57,947 bases of DNA from Basidiobolus meristosporus CBS 931.73 (taxonomy: Eukaryota; Fungi; Basidiobolomycota). Below, piece after piece: positions 37,027-50,383 of this stretch. The stretch spans positions 1-57,947 of the forward strand of contig MCFE01000559.1 of NCBI GenBank assembly GCA_002104905.1, given 5' to 3'. How positions within the stretch are numbered: the stretch's first letter is position 1; each line of letters opens with the position of its first letter. The notes under the pieces are model-generated. The model was given only the letters and a program-made list of their open reading frames with translations, did not search any database and was not told the DNA's origin. The translations under genes and the position numbers were made by a program.

Positions 37027-40000
37027 CAGCATCAATTCTTTCACCAGGCATGTTCCTCAAGGATACATTGGACCTGAAAAATACTAATATATATCCATTC
37101 AACTGAGCTCAGTGTTATATCACCTAACCCAAATAGTGCCATTCTACTTTCTCTCCCACTCTTATTGTCATCCCTCGAGAATCCACCAACTCTATAATTT
37201 CCAAGTCAACGATACAGCATTAACGGTCCGAATTCGCCCTTTTAAGTAGGTCTGGTGGATACTGTTCATTCCCTACTGCCAGGAGTTGGCACGCAAAGGC
37301 CCCCAACTTAAGGTCATAGATCAATCCAGCAAGTCTGATATCGATAATATCAGAAAAAGATATATTCACGTCTGTACGCCTGATGATCACAACGGGTAAA
37401 TGAAGAATTGGTTGCTGAATTTGGTGTGATGTGGAATGGTTACGGTATTTCGCTTATGGGAACTCGTCTTTCTAACCAACACGTGATAGGTTTAGTTCTG
37501 TGCTCACAAGTATCACTTGGTATGGAGGATGAGAATCAAGCCCTTGTTACAAATATACCCGAATGAATAGAGTCACCTATTGGTGCACTAAGTCGTATGA
37601 TACGCTGCCAATGATGTAAATAGCTTGGAATCAGGCTTCTCCAATCAACTGCAATGGGATCTTGTGGGCTCGCTTGTCCCTTAAGTTGGCCCCAATTTCT
37701 CCATATGGCTGCTTGTGAGTGCACACGAGCAGGTGACATTTAAGCCTAAATTGATATCGACTATTGGTACTTCCATCACAGAATATAGAACCGTAGTATA
37801 GCCGATCATGCGAAGCTGATGGATTAATATTTAATTTAATACCAGTCCAAATAGGCTGTTATCAAGTTGTACACAGCCTGTCCAACACCTGTGTGTTGAA
37901 TGATGGCTTTTATATCACACGATAGAATTGATATTTATGGAACAATATGCATATCACAATTTGCAGGCGTGGTGAGGACAAATAAGAGTTTCGTGTATTT
38001 CGAGGCCTGCTCACGTTGAACATTTATATGCGGGAAACACTTGCCTCGAATCTACTCTATTTGGCAATGACTTTATGGACGAAGTCCATACATTATTTGC
38101 AGACAAGCGACTATCTCATGAATGATTTGGTACAAATTGCGTTAGCCTTGAATTCTTTCGGCTATATTTGTCTACTTTGCATTGCCAGCTGGTAGGTAAT
38201 ACAAGAACAAACCGTACCAACGTAAGTCTTCAAGTGGTTGCCTTCATTGGTGGGCACAGCTATACCCCGTTATGTGCTGGGCCGATATTTCACATCCTGT
38301 TGCTTCTAAAAGAAAGCAGGTTACATATGTAGGGTTATCGTCAATTACCCCACACTGCTTTTTAAATTAGCTTGATTTCATCCGTCACAAGTGGGATTTT
38401 ACAAAGCCACGACTGTGGGGCATACCAACCAGAACTTTCATATCCTAACGCATTTTGTATTTGCCCATGGTCCTGCGACAAGCTTAAGCAAATAATGCAC
38501 CCGCATGATCATGGTTCGGGCAAATATATCGTGGAAACCAATTGGCTTAATGACTCCGTGTTGCTCTCGATATCTGTGATTCTGATATCGATTTCCCGTA
38601 TACGACCGTGCCATTCTTGCTGCAACGGTTAGTAAGTCTGTCCAAGATAAAGTGGGTTATCGCCATCATCGCTAGCTATGGCTTGGAATTGCAGTGAGGA
38701 TGAATGGCTCCCCCACTTCCACGTTCCAAGCATTCTGCTGGCCTGCGCCTGGGTAAGAAACCGTGAGTAGAATGCCAAGTTGAGACCATGTATGGACTAT
38801 CAGTAGAAGCCGTCCTCATTCTTCACTTGATGGTTTAAGCAAAATATCGGGGCCCACCAATTGCTCTTGTTGTGAATCAGCACTAGCCTCCATCAGCATG
38901 TTTCATTAGCCGTTAATTGCTTGTTACTGCATCAGACTACACTGCAGAGTTCGAATTGGATCATGGCTGAGGAAAGTGATTTATGGGCCAATGGGCGCAG
39001 CTACCGATACAATCAGCGTATTCATTTGTCACCCTTTGACTTGTTTTCAGAGCGGATTCCGGTGTGATCCTTTCTATTGGGCTGATGCGTAGGATAGGAC
39101 CAGCCAAACAGGACCAACATTGCCAGTTGACAGCCCTGCTAATATATTCACCGGAATCCAATCAGGGGTCGATTCTCCTATGGCTCTCAATTGAAGCATT
39201 CTAACAGCAACATCCACATCCACATCCTCTAAACCTTAAAACGGTATCAGACACAAGCCATTAGTTGCGTTTAAAACAGAGGTTCAGGTGCTGCTGTGAT
39301 GTTCATATGGAGGCCCGGCCGAGACGGGACTCCATTCGATGCGGGCTCAGGTCAGATTAGCTCTGAATACGCATTACTCTCTATAAGACACAACCAGTTA
39401 CAGGGAATCTCACCCCTCGCTGAACCAGAAGCATTGGTGGGCCTGGGCTGTGGCCTATCCTCCGATCCACCCAGAACTGAGTCCGTGCTACTTGAGGAGA
39501 TGTACAGTTCCCTTGCACACTTGACGATAGGGGCCTCTAGGAGCCCATCTCTGAAACCTTTTTCCATCAGAATCAATGGTCGAATTGTGACATATGCAAT
39601 TTCTCAAAAAGGCGTTTTCTGCTTCAATCAAACGGATCCGGGCCTGAATAGGTGGCTAAGGCACATTCACGACAAGTTCATCTGTCTACAACCTAGTCAC
39701 CATGGTCAGCAAGGCTATTTCCTCTTTTTAGCAGCCAAGTCGTTCGGATCAGACATCATTAGTTCTCAGCTCTTAGGATCGAGTATTTTCAGTGGCCAAT
39801 TATGTTCCTGCTGGTTCCAAACGCTCCATTAGTCATTCCAACAAGCAATCCATGACAGGCTTGGGATTCGATAGGTTTTGGTGTTCCTTCTTAATGCTAT
39901 TAACTTTACTATAGGATACCAAATCTACAACCGGGTATCAATGGCGCGTTGTAAGCTGCATGCCACCTAAAGTATAAATATAACGCAGAAGCGGGTAGTC

Positions 40001-40096
40001 TACCCTCAAAACAACCATCCTTCTAACCCCCTGATTTGACTTATTACGCCATCTTGAGGAGATACGCGGAATTATCCTATTTGAGGTCTTTCTTTG

Positions 40097-41632
40097 ATGA
40101 AACCGCAGGTAACAAATTACGAGGTACCGAAGAAAAGCTGGTGGAGAAAGCTCTTTACGGTCAAGAGTATTGACCAGCTACAGGCGGACGCCGAGGAGTC
40201 GATACTAAGGCGCTCATTGAACTTTGTGGATCTGACTGCCATTGGAATCGGGGCCATCATCGGGACTGGCATCTTCGTGCTGACCGGCATTGCTGCTGCG
40301 AAGAATGCCGGACCGGCGGTTGTATTGTCATTCGTCGTGTCTGGAATTGCTGCCGGGACAGCTGCTGTATCATATTCCGAGATGGCCTGCATGCTTCCAG
40401 TCGCCGGTTCCGCTTATACGTATACATATGCAACCATGGGGGAGCTGGTAGGCTGGATCATCGGCTGGGATTTGATATTGGAATACCTGGTTGGCGCAGC
40501 AACCGTCTCTGTTGGTTGGTCTGGGTATTTCAAGTCATTTTTTAAGAGCGCCTTTGGTCTGAACATGAGTGCAAAGTGGACGGAGGCGCCGTTCCTGTTT
40601 GATACCAAAACTCAATCGTTCCATATTTCCGGTAATATCCTCAATATCCCAGCTATTGTAATCTCCTTGGCGATCACCGCATTGCTCTGCTTTGGTGTTC
40701 GTGAATCCGCTAGGTTGAATACTGTCATTGTTATCGTGAAGATCCTGGTGATTCTATTGTTTGTCTTTGCCTGCATCAAAGACGTAGATCCCAAGAATTA
40801 CACCCCTTTCTTCCCACCAAACGAGGGAAACTTCAACCAATTCGGCGTCTCAGGTATGTTTTCAGCCGCCACCACGGTCTTCTTTTCGTATATTGGCTTC
40901 GATGCCATATCCACTGCCGCACAGGAGTCCAAGAATCCACAAAGAGACCTTCCGATTGGTATTTGCGGCTCGTTGCTGATATGTACCGTACTCTATATCG
41001 CTGTCTGCTTCATAATGACTGGCGTGGTTCCGTACACAGAATTGAACGTCCCTGCACCCATCTCGGTTGTCATCGCTCATACTGGTATGAGCTGGTTGGG
41101 GGTTATTGTGGACTTTGGTGCGCTGATCGGCCTAACCTCGGTGATTTTGGTCCTTCTTTTGGGTCAACCACGGATTTTCTATGCTATGGCACGTGATGGC
41201 CTCTTCCCTGCTGTTGCCGCGAAAATTCACCCTCGCTTCAAAACGCCGTGGGTAACTACACTGGTGTCAGGTACTGCTTGTGCCGTCTTAGGCGGCATCC
41301 TTCCGGTTGATGTTCTTGGAGAAATGACATCAGTCGGAACATTGTTTGCTTTTGTTCTGGTAAACATCGGTGTCATTATTCTTCGGTTCAAGCGACCCGA
41401 TCTCCCACGCAAATTCAAGGTCCCACTTGGGCCATTTGTCATCCCGGTAATTGGTGCAGCCCTGGCGATTCTGTTGATCTGTACGGCAACCGTCTCCACT
41501 ATCATTCGACTTTTCGTATGGATGGGGATTGGGCTCCTGATCTATTTCTTGTATGGACGCACCCACTCAAAAATCAATAATCCTCATTTGAATCCTGGAG
41601 TACATGAGCATTCTGATAAGGAAGACATATAG
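40097..41632 (+). CDS. APC superfamily cationic amino-acid transporter, older paralogue, intronless
   Basis: Canonical GAIIGTGIF, GSAYTY, GWDLILEY, FSYIGFD and GEMTSVGTL motifs. ATG at 40097 (the track start at 40094 is TTG). Confidence 0.95.
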   Translation: MKPQVTNYEVPKKSWWRKLFTVKSIDQLQADAEESILRRSLNFVDLTAIGIGAIIGTGIFVLTGIAAAKNAGPAVVLSFVVSGIAAGTAAVSYSEMACMLPVAGSAYTYTYATMGELVGWIIGWDLILEYLVGAATVSVGWSGYFKSFFKSAFGLNMSAKWTEAPFLFDTKTQSFHISGNILNIPAIVISLAITALLCFGVRESARLNTVIVIVKILVILLFVFACIKDVDPKNYTPFFPPNEGNFNQFGVSGMFSAATTVFFSYIGFDAISTAAQESKNPQRDLPIGICGSLLICTVLYIAVCFIMTGVVPYTELNVPAPISVVIAHTGMSWLGVIVDFGALIGLTSVILVLLLGQPRIFYAMARDGLFPAVAAKIHPRFKTPWVTTLVSGTACAVLGGILPVDVLGEMTSVGTLFAFVLVNIGVIILRFKRPDLPRKFKVPLGPFVIPVIGAALAILLICTATVSTIIRLFVWMGIGLLIYFLYGRTHSKINNPHLNPGVHEHSDKEDI

Positions 41633-42511
41633 GCGATGTAAATATGTGTGTTACTGAAGTGCACGATATCATAGTTTAACTGACAGTGCGGGATAGTAAA
41701 CTTTTCAAAATTTTGGTATTTCTTCACAAACTACGCTGACAAAATGATATAAACTATGGCCCAAAGTGAAGCAAATCTTGATATACTTTCCAATGAGAAA
41801 CATCCATGTGTATGTTTGTCTTTACTGAAATACAACAAATTTGGATATCAAATAGTTCTTTAAAGCAGTTGATATTTGGGCATGTGGATGAGTCAAAAGA
41901 AGAGCTTTTGGTATATATACCGTATATCATCCACAACCAGATATCAAACGTCGCAGAAATGATGATTTTGCAAGTAATTGCCATATTATCAGGGACGATT
42001 ATAAGCTACAGCTTAGGGCTTTCTAGACTCGCCACGAGTACTGTATGGTGCATTGCTCAATGAAAGGATCTGAGTTTAATTGCCATCAATTTCTTCTGTA
42101 TAATCGTCCAATTTGAGTATTTGCACCTACCACATTTTCGGTTCTTCTGCCCATAAAATGGTCCCCCAAGTTGCGCACCCGTACTTCCAAAAGATCCAAT
42201 TACTATGCCTACAGGTTCGCTAGGAAAATCTACCGATGCCAATGATCAATATCGTACTGAGCTGGGTTCGTAAGAATTGATGAACACTTACAGTACTATT
42301 CGATTTACAGATGGCGAAAATACTGCCGTACAAATGCTAGATTGCATATGTCACCATTATCATACTTAATATATAGACTATCGAAGCCATCATTTATTCA
42401 TTCATCACATAGTAACTTCATAAACATGCGTCTTCCCGGAAGACTGCTGTACAGGATACAATGCATGTAAACGCAAAATTTCATTATTCAATGGCTAGGT
42501 TGATAACGACT

Positions 42512-43102
42512 CTATTTTGGATGACAGCTGGAGCGAACAATGTTTACTCTGTCCAGTCGTTTGCCATATTTACGGTCAATCTGGCTGTAGTGCTTCTTGC
42601 TTCCAACCAAGAAATCAATCTGATTTTTCCCAAAGCTCCAACCGTTGTCGTCTACTCGAACGCAGCCACTATGCGTTTGTCCATTAGGCATCTTGAGTCC
42701 TTTTAGCTGTTCAACCATCAATGTGGTGCCGATAGGAATGTCGTTAGCTGAGATGCTCACATAGGGCTTCAATGCATTGTCCTTGGCGCCAATTCCGTAT
42801 GGATACCGCTTCTGGTTAATGGTGGTAAAGCAACTGTAACCACCATGGCAATCACAGTCCAGGTTTACTACTTTCCCGTTATTCAAACGGGCGGTACCCT
42901 CCATTCGTGCAGCTTGAGCGAACGATCTTGAAACCTTGGCGATGTACTTTCCGGAGCAGGTCTTGATGGTCACTGACTTGGATCCAGAATGCTCGCTCTC
43001 TTCAGCAACCCAGTAGTATGTCATCTTGACACTCTTGGCCAAAACGGATGTCTGCAATAGAGCTAAGCACAATACAACAAGGAGAACAACTTTTGAAAGC
43101 AT
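42512..43102 (-). CDS. Secreted 3D-domain / MltA-like (double-psi beta-barrel) protein, 196 aa
   Basis: Signal peptide MLSKVVLLVVLCLALLQTSVLA. MTYY, MEGTARL, SISANDIPIGT, VDDNGW and QIDFLVG align by eye to the 3D-domain pattern (T.Y ... AvD..IPlGs ... DTGg ... rIDif.G). Intronless. Confidence 0.7.
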   Translation of the reverse strand: MLSKVVLLVVLCLALLQTSVLAKSVKMTYYWVAEESEHSGSKSVTIKTCSGKYIAKVSRSFAQAARMEGTARLNNGKVVNLDCDCHGGYSCFTTINQKRYPYGIGAKDNALKPYVSISANDIPIGTTLMVEQLKGLKMPNGQTHSGCVRVDDNGWSFGKNQIDFLVGSKKHYSQIDRKYGKRLDRVNIVRSSCHPK

Positions 43103-46100
43103 TCTGTTTACTTCAATCGAAGGGATTTTCGATGAAAACCACGAGGAAAAACAACCTCAATTTATAGGAGTAGCCTTCGAACTCTTTGGAATTACTATTT
43201 TCATCTCATAAACAAATCCAGGTATTCGCGCGCCCAACAAGTAAGCGGCCTGGGACACCTTCCTAAACCCGTATTCAGCTGAAGTTTTTCGGAGTACAAA
43301 CTACATATGTTGTGGTGGGTAACCTAACTTCGGACTAATTGATCTGCCACGGCGACTATGGAAGAGTTGGCGGTTCACATTTGGTGTGCAGCCCTTTTGA
43401 GAATTTCTTCATGCAAGTCAACGAAGGCCGAATTGCCAAGAAAGGTAGGGCTCTGGAAGCCCCTTGTTCGGTATTCATGAGGAATGACCAAATATAACCG
43501 ACATGAAGGCAGTAAAAACCGTAAAAATGGTCTCTTTTCGGTAAAAAATTGTGAGTTGTGGTAGTAACACAGAGAAACACCCTAGAGGTGCATGGGTACT
43601 AGATTGCTTATTCAGCAAAAGCCACGTTTATTTCCTTTGTCGTCCATATGAATCTCAACAACAGCAATTTCGATAAGGTTTATGGAGGTTTGGATCGTTG
43701 TGACACTCAACAACCGCCGCACGAACTCATCCATTCAAGCAGAATACTCTACCTCAGAGTAGGTTACTCATTCAACAAGGGTTACCCATTTACGGGAGTT
43801 ACGATGACAGGTTACCTGTATATTCTATGGAGAATAAAGAGTTACCAATGCTGGTAGAGGTGGTTGTTTGAGAGGTGGCACACTATCAACACTTCCATCT
43901 TAGTTGATGCGGTGGGAATATCTTACATTCTTCAAGTGGAAGGCAAGATCGGATATAGGTATACGCCCATCATAACTGGGCCTTTTCACCAAATTCACCT
44001 TTTTGTCCTTTGACCTTGTCAATATTCTTTCTAAAATTGGCTTCGTAACCCTAACCCATCCTTAATCCAGATATTGTGTTTTGGTGAAGAAAATCTTGGA
44101 AAATCAAATTTGAGGAGGGATCGAGGTGCACTACTTTCCTTAATCATACATGTGCAGCAGCAAAAATTGCTATATACGATATAATGCATTTGTAGATCAT
44201 GAAGTCATTCTGAAATTGAGTTTGGCGGTCGCGCGGCACTTCTAAATTATCGCAATACTCAACTTTCAATGCATATATATATATATATATCGATACTAAA
44301 ATATGCTCAATTCATTTATCCTGAGCAATATTATAGTATTGTTCTAAATTGTTTTTTACTTGATTCAATCCTTGATGTTCGGGGTTTGGATTGTTAACAG
44401 CCGGAGGAGCTATAATACTCTACACATTGTCAGATGAGTTGCGTTGTGCTATTGTTAAATATCGATTCCCATAATAAACCCCTGAAGCAATTGATGAAGG
44501 ATTCTGAAGGGTGAATGGTGAGGAAGCCAACAAGCTGGTGAAATCTTTAGGCTGGGGAAGGGGAGACAATCACAAACAGGGGATGTATTTAAAACAAGCC
44601 ATAGCAACACCAACTTCGTAGAGTGGCCGGCAGCCAACGATGAGTCTCCCTTTTAAAGCTTAGTAATTCTTACCCCAATGCTCTGTGAGTAATTCAACCT
44701 TGGGCTACAGTGCTTGACCTTTCACAATTACATCTTTTATACATCTGTTATGAAAGTAGCATTTTAATGCTCAATACTATTGTACAGAGCAACCCTTAAT
44801 TCAGATTCAGCAACGACTTGAACGGGCATGGTATTGATTATAGCCACAATGTGGTGGAGGGCCATTATTATACTTGATCATTCTAGTCGGCTATAGATGC
44901 AAGCAAGTTGGAGCCAAGCCATCATATGTAATTATAAATACATACACAAGGTTGATTTGACTTCCTGCGCTACATTTTCAATAACATAATTAGAAACATT
45001 ATCCTCTGTTGCTGTTCCAATCGGGTGACCAGCTGAAATAGCCATAGTTGACCACTTAAAACAAGTAACAAGTGTTGGGGATTATCAGCAGAAAAAATCT
45101 TATATGCTAGCTGATCGTTTTTCTACGGTAAAATCAAAAGCTGTGGGGTTCTGAACCAATTAATTATAGTGAAGCAATTAATCACAACTCTTGCTGGTCA
45201 AATTGAATAACCACTATAACAGCAATATTGGCGATTACTATAATCAAATCCATTCAATGGGGATGGCTGAGAACTTAGGATTAAGCATTATCAATATTTG
45301 TAGCTTAAGTGCCGGTTACGTTACGCTATTCAAATAAGAGCAATGAGGATTAGTAGCTTACTAGTACAGTCCCTCCAAAATAGAGATATACTACAGTCGT
45401 GTTAGAGTATAATTTGCGTTGAGGTAATACGGAGAGTCTCAGTGTGGTACACGTTTGATACACATCATATCCATTGTTCAGCATTGAATCTCCTGTCTTG
45501 CAATGAAACCAGTGTGGATGCCGTATTTAGCTATGTATGGGCTTGCTCATTCTAGCTTGGTGTGAATGCCACGAATTCGACACCTTCAGTAAAGTTTACC
45601 AAGATGCAGTAGTCCTTGTTTGGTCGCTGACCGTTGATGTGGGCATGAACTCGAACCCATTCAACCAGTATATTTCCAAGTCACCAGCCGTGCCTAAAGG
45701 GTTCCTGTCAGGCTCCAACGAGTCAAATGCATTTTGTAATGAAGGCTGAATATTCAAAGCGGCAGGGATTCCAAGAGGTCATGGTTAGGATATGACAAAT
45801 GGCCTAGTCAGGATTAAGAAACCAGGAGGCACATGGGGAGACCTTTGTGGGGGATCTGCAGTAGCTACATCTAATCGTTCGTACAGGGTTAGACAATCTG
45901 TACCAAGTGCAAAAATGAGGTGGATACATTTGAGCACAATACTGTTGGTGCTATTTAAGAGTTTTCACTTCCGAGAAATTTTGCTATCTTGACGTCAGGA
46001 GTTCACTGTATAGAATAAGTATTCATTGCTACTATATGTCAATATGCTAGAACATAGCATTGGCATGCTATAATAGAGATTAGCCCTGATTTGCATCATT

Positions 46101-46500
46101 CTTAATAGTTAGTATTACATCAAATTCCAGAGTAGATCTAATCACCAAATGGATAGCGCCATTTCCACATTAATGGTTGGAATATCTATACTTTGTGGGA
46201 CTGAGTATAACTAATCCTATCATTAGCCCTAACTGCCACGGTGGGAAGTAGCCATATTCTTAGATTAATTAGTTTATTAACATTTCCATATTATCTGGTA
46301 ATATATACTTGTGAAATTTCAGAGTCCATGAATTCTCACAAGACGTGACAATAGAGGCGAGAGTGAAAGCTCAATAATGTTGTTTGGGTGGATGAAAAAT
46401 AAACTGAATTCAGTTGAGTAGCTGCCAATGAATATTGTACAGCTCGGAGGTATCATTAGCGGAACTTACTTGTTGTAAGACTTAGGGTTTGTAAATTTCA

Positions 46501-49500
46501 ATCCTGATGTACTCGAGTTGTCCAAAAATTTTGAACCAGCCGCCCTAGACGGACTCATTGACACCTCCTATGCTTTCCATCTCATGATTATGAAGGCCTA
46601 CAAATGTTTTGCCGATTTTCGAGTGTATACGCCCGTACAAGATATATACCAGCAATCCGACCGCCAACCAGATGAATAATCGTATGATGGTAGAGATAGT
46701 TGCACCACATATTAACACAACGGACATCGCAATACCAAAGATAGGGATCGCAAATGGCTCCAATGGAGTCTTAAACTTGCGCGGTAGCTCAGGTCTTCTA
46801 AAACGCAGGATAATCACCCCGACATGTACCAATGCAAATGCGAACAGCGTTCCAACGGCGCTCATCTCACCAAGTACATCTACCGGAAGAACTCCTCCTA
46901 GCAATGCACAGAATGCTCCAGAGGCGATCGTTGTCACCCACGGGGTTTTGAATTTCTTGTGGATTTTTGCAGCAGACGATGGCAATAGGCCATCACAGGC
47001 CATGGTGTAGAATATTCTGGATTGTGCCAATAAAAATACAAGCATTACCGATGTGAGGCCAATTATAGCGGCGAACTCTACTATAATTGTGAGCCAACTC
47101 ATTCCTGTGTATGCAATCACGACTGAGACAGGTGAAGGGGAATTAAGTTCGTGGTACGGCACAATGCCGGTCATTATCATACACATGGCGATATAGAGCA
47201 CAGTGCAGATAATCAGCGAGGCCCAGATTCCAATGGGCACATCCCTTTCAGGGTTCTTGGCTTCTTGTGCCGCCGTTGTTACCGAATCGAAGCCGATGTA
47301 TGAGAAAAAGACGGTGGTGGTAGCTGACAATAACCCGGAAAAGCCGTATAAACCAAACGAGCCTTGATTTGGTGGAAGAAATGGCGTGTAGTTCTTTGGA
47401 TCAACATACTTGAGACAAGCCGTAATAAACAGCACGATGACGAGTAGTTTCGTAATGACAATCACGGTGTTCACCCTAGCCGACTCGCGCACACCAGTAT
47501 AAAGAAGCGTACTGATTGTTAGGGAGATGAGGATGGCGGGCACATTTATGATGCTACCGGACATATTGAACGACTGAGTGTCGGTGTCGAAGATGACTGG
47601 GGCGGAGGTGTAGCGTTCGCTGATTTGGATACCAAAGGCATTCATTAGGAACGACCGAAAGTAATTGGACCACCCTACGGAGACTGTAGCGGCGCCAACC
47701 AGGTACTCTAAAATCAGATCCCAACCGATTACCCAGCCAGCAAGCTCGCCAAGGGTAGCGTAGACGTAAGTGTAAGTCGAACCCGAGACGGGAATTATGC
47801 AAGCCATCTCGGAAAGGGAGAATGCTGCAGTGCTGGCGGTGAGCCCAGCCAGAATAAAGGAAAGAACAACTGCCGGGCCCGTATTTTTGGCCGCAGCCAA
47901 ACCGGTCAGTACAAAGATGCCAATACCAATAGTGCCACCAATCCCGATGGCTGTAAGATCAGCCGCACTGTGCGTTCTTTCCAGAGTGGTATTCTTAGCA
48001 TCAGCTTGCAGGCGCTCTATACTCTTGGTAAGCAGCATCTTCTCCCACCATTTGAATGACTTGGTGGAGTGTTGCTTCTCCCGCGGGTGATGTAATTGTG
48101 CTTTGCAATCTTTTCCCTCCATATGGTTTATCCGGGACTTGAGGTAGGCTGCAAATAAGAAGCGATACAAGAGTGAATCAAACACGCCAGGGCAGGTGGC
48201 ACTATTAAATAGTTTTTTTTCTCGATCGGGCAACACTTTGGTCTCAAAGTCAGTGTCCATAGCTTCCACTAAGTAGGGTTGTGTTTCACGCAGTTGAGAC
48301 TTGGTGAAGCACTTCCGTGATCCAATGGATTACCAGCATCCGAGCAATTGTTGGCACCATTGAAATGATCAGATGCTGTTGACCATTCTCCCCAAATTCC
48401 TTAGCCAGCATTAAGATTTAAGTCGGCTCCCAACTCTAAGTAGGTGGGGCGCGATTGGCAACACCCAAGTTAATGGACACCATGCCATCCAGCTCATCTG
48501 ACATCCTCTAGTGAGGCATGACTATGTCTGAGTCTATATTTACTGTGCAAGTGACTTGTTCGCGAAAACCAGTACGCTGACACTGTGGAGCAAGCGTTCA
48601 CCAAACCAAGTGTAGAAGATACTGGTTACCCATCAAGTCATGCAGTATACAGGATCACACTCTATGCTAGAGACTGCAAGTCACATTATCCTGAGCCACT
48701 GCAACAGTAACTCGACACCTGCCTTCTAAGGTATATTGACTCAACCCTGTCAATGATTTTCGAGGTGGTCAAATCTTATGCCTGGGCGTGTCACACAGAT
48801 CATACTCGTCAAAATAATGCATCTTGTTTCCAGATCGAACTAGTCTGGATTCCTGAACAATTCAATCTTAGGTGAGCTAATTTGCTATTGAAGGGTCTGT
48901 GTTCGGGTAAATCTATATCTACACGGATGAATATGCTTGCAACAGCGATACTGAGGTAAAATCCACGAGATAACAAGACGCTGGAATGTAATGGATCTGT
49001 CTGCTTGTGAAGCTTCAGTGATAATCATATCTTCGCGTTACGAATGTATCCTCGTTTACCACTGGAATTAGACCGTATATACTAGCATTTCATAGACGAA
49101 AGGATCACAAATTGGATCTTGTAAAATAGGTGAGCACACAAGAAGCATCAAGCTCAGGCACGGCCTTGACAGCACAGATCTCGGCAGACAGCTGATTTCC
49201 TTCTTCACATAGGTTGTAGAGTGAAGCCTTCCTTATGCTTAATAGTGACTGGCATCAAACGCAAGCCGTCGATACCAATCTCTTTTGAGGGCATTTCTTC
49301 GGTACAATTTTGCATTCATAGACGCGCTGAGTCTGTAGAAATCTTTAGCTCATCCCATGCTTTCACCAAGAATATCAGTAATTTAGAAGATGCTCCACCG
49401 AAAGTTTAGGTAATGGACATACACAAGGATCAGAGAGTGGATGTGAATTAAGGAAACGTTAATTAAGGCACCGATTTTGCGATCAGTATTCATCTTCATT

Positions 49501-50383
49501 GTCCTGTAAATGAATGGAACAATCTGGATCCTTCGACGTCAAATAGGAGGTGCAGCTGCTGAGCTAGTGGGTTTCTTACATCAGATGACAGAAGACAAAT
49601 TAAAGCTCACAACTTACGCACTGAGTGTGCTGGCTCACCGAGAGTTCTGCGCAAATGATTGGTTACTGAGAGCTCGCCGAATACACCAACGGTTTAATAG
49701 AGCACCTCGGGATAAAAATGGTTAGCTGCTGTGCCATCAGCGAATGGAAGGGACACAGTCAGACATCACATACATTAGAGTTAATCGCCAAATCAAGGCC
49801 GTTGTCCAGTGGTGAACGCACCCATATGGAAATAGAAAAAGCCGTTCTAATCAGAACGCATGAAATGGATCTGAACTGATACCCCCATGTATGATATGGG
49901 TTCTATGATGGCTGGCAACCTAGATAAATCTCGGCAAAAGTTGGTTTATCTTCACCAGAAACAGCACAAGTTTTCTATTCGCATCTGAAGGTTTCAATTG
50001 TGAATCCTACTTACTACAGATACCCACGCAACTAGTGAATGAATGGACAAACCTGATGGTTCGACTGTAAAATGCATGAAAGTTAGTAATGTGACATCGG
50101 AATCCGTCCAACACCAACCAATGTCGATAGGCCAAGTCGCATCTCGATGACGCCCAGCAACACGGTGGGCTCTGATCTAGGCTTTATCTAGTAAGAGAAC
50201 GATGTTGCATTTCCATAGGAGATAGTATGACCCATCGATCGCCCGAGTAACATCAACAGATGCGTCCAGGTGTTGCCCAAAGGACAAAGTATTCAGGTGT
50301 AACCGCTTAATCGTGCATTAGCACTCTCCCAATCGCTTTGTCATGTTCAGTGAACTTCAGCTCTAGGCGGTAGCCGTGCCTCT
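46501..50383 (-). repeat. Distal arm of the inverted duplication
   Basis: Reverse complement of 33095-37026. It ends where the telomeric retroelement region begins. Confidence 0.93.
46545..48260 (-). CDS. APC cationic amino-acid transporter, near-identical inverted copy of 35405..36982
   Basis: Only a handful of amino-acid differences from the proximal copy. An upstream in-frame ATG at 48260 is open here; the ATG homologous to 35405 is at 48122. Confidence 0.92.
   Translation of the reverse strand: MDTDFETKVLPDREKKLFNSATCPGVFDSLLYRFLFAAYLKSRINHMEGKDCKAQLHHPREKQHSTKSFKWWEKMLLTKSIERLQADAKNTTLERTHSAADLTAIGIGGTIGIGIFVLTGLAAAKNTGPAVVLSFILAGLTASTAAFSLSEMACIIPVSGSTYTYVYATLGELAGWVIGWDLILEYLVGAATVSVGWSNYFRSFLMNAFGIQISERYTSAPVIFDTDTQSFNMSGSIINVPAILISLTISTLLYTGVRESARVNTVIVITKLLVIVLFITACLKYVDPKNYTPFLPPNQGSFGLYGFSGLLSATTTVFFSYIGFDSVTTAAQEAKNPERDVPIGIWASLIICTVLYIAMCMIMTGIVPYHELNSPSPVSVVIAYTGMSWLTIIVEFAAIIGLTSVMLVFLLAQSRIFYTMACDGLLPSSAAKIHKKFKTPWVTTIASGAFCALLGGVLPVDVLGEMSAVGTLFAFALVHVGVIILRFRRPELPRKFKTPLEPFAIPIFGIAMSVVLICGATISTIIRLFIWLAVGLLVYILYGRIHSKIGKTFVGLHNHEMESIGGVNESV

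Noticed and set aside
39296-39832. 178-aa ORF between the permeases
   Set aside because: GTG start, no recognisable domain and no clear coding bias.
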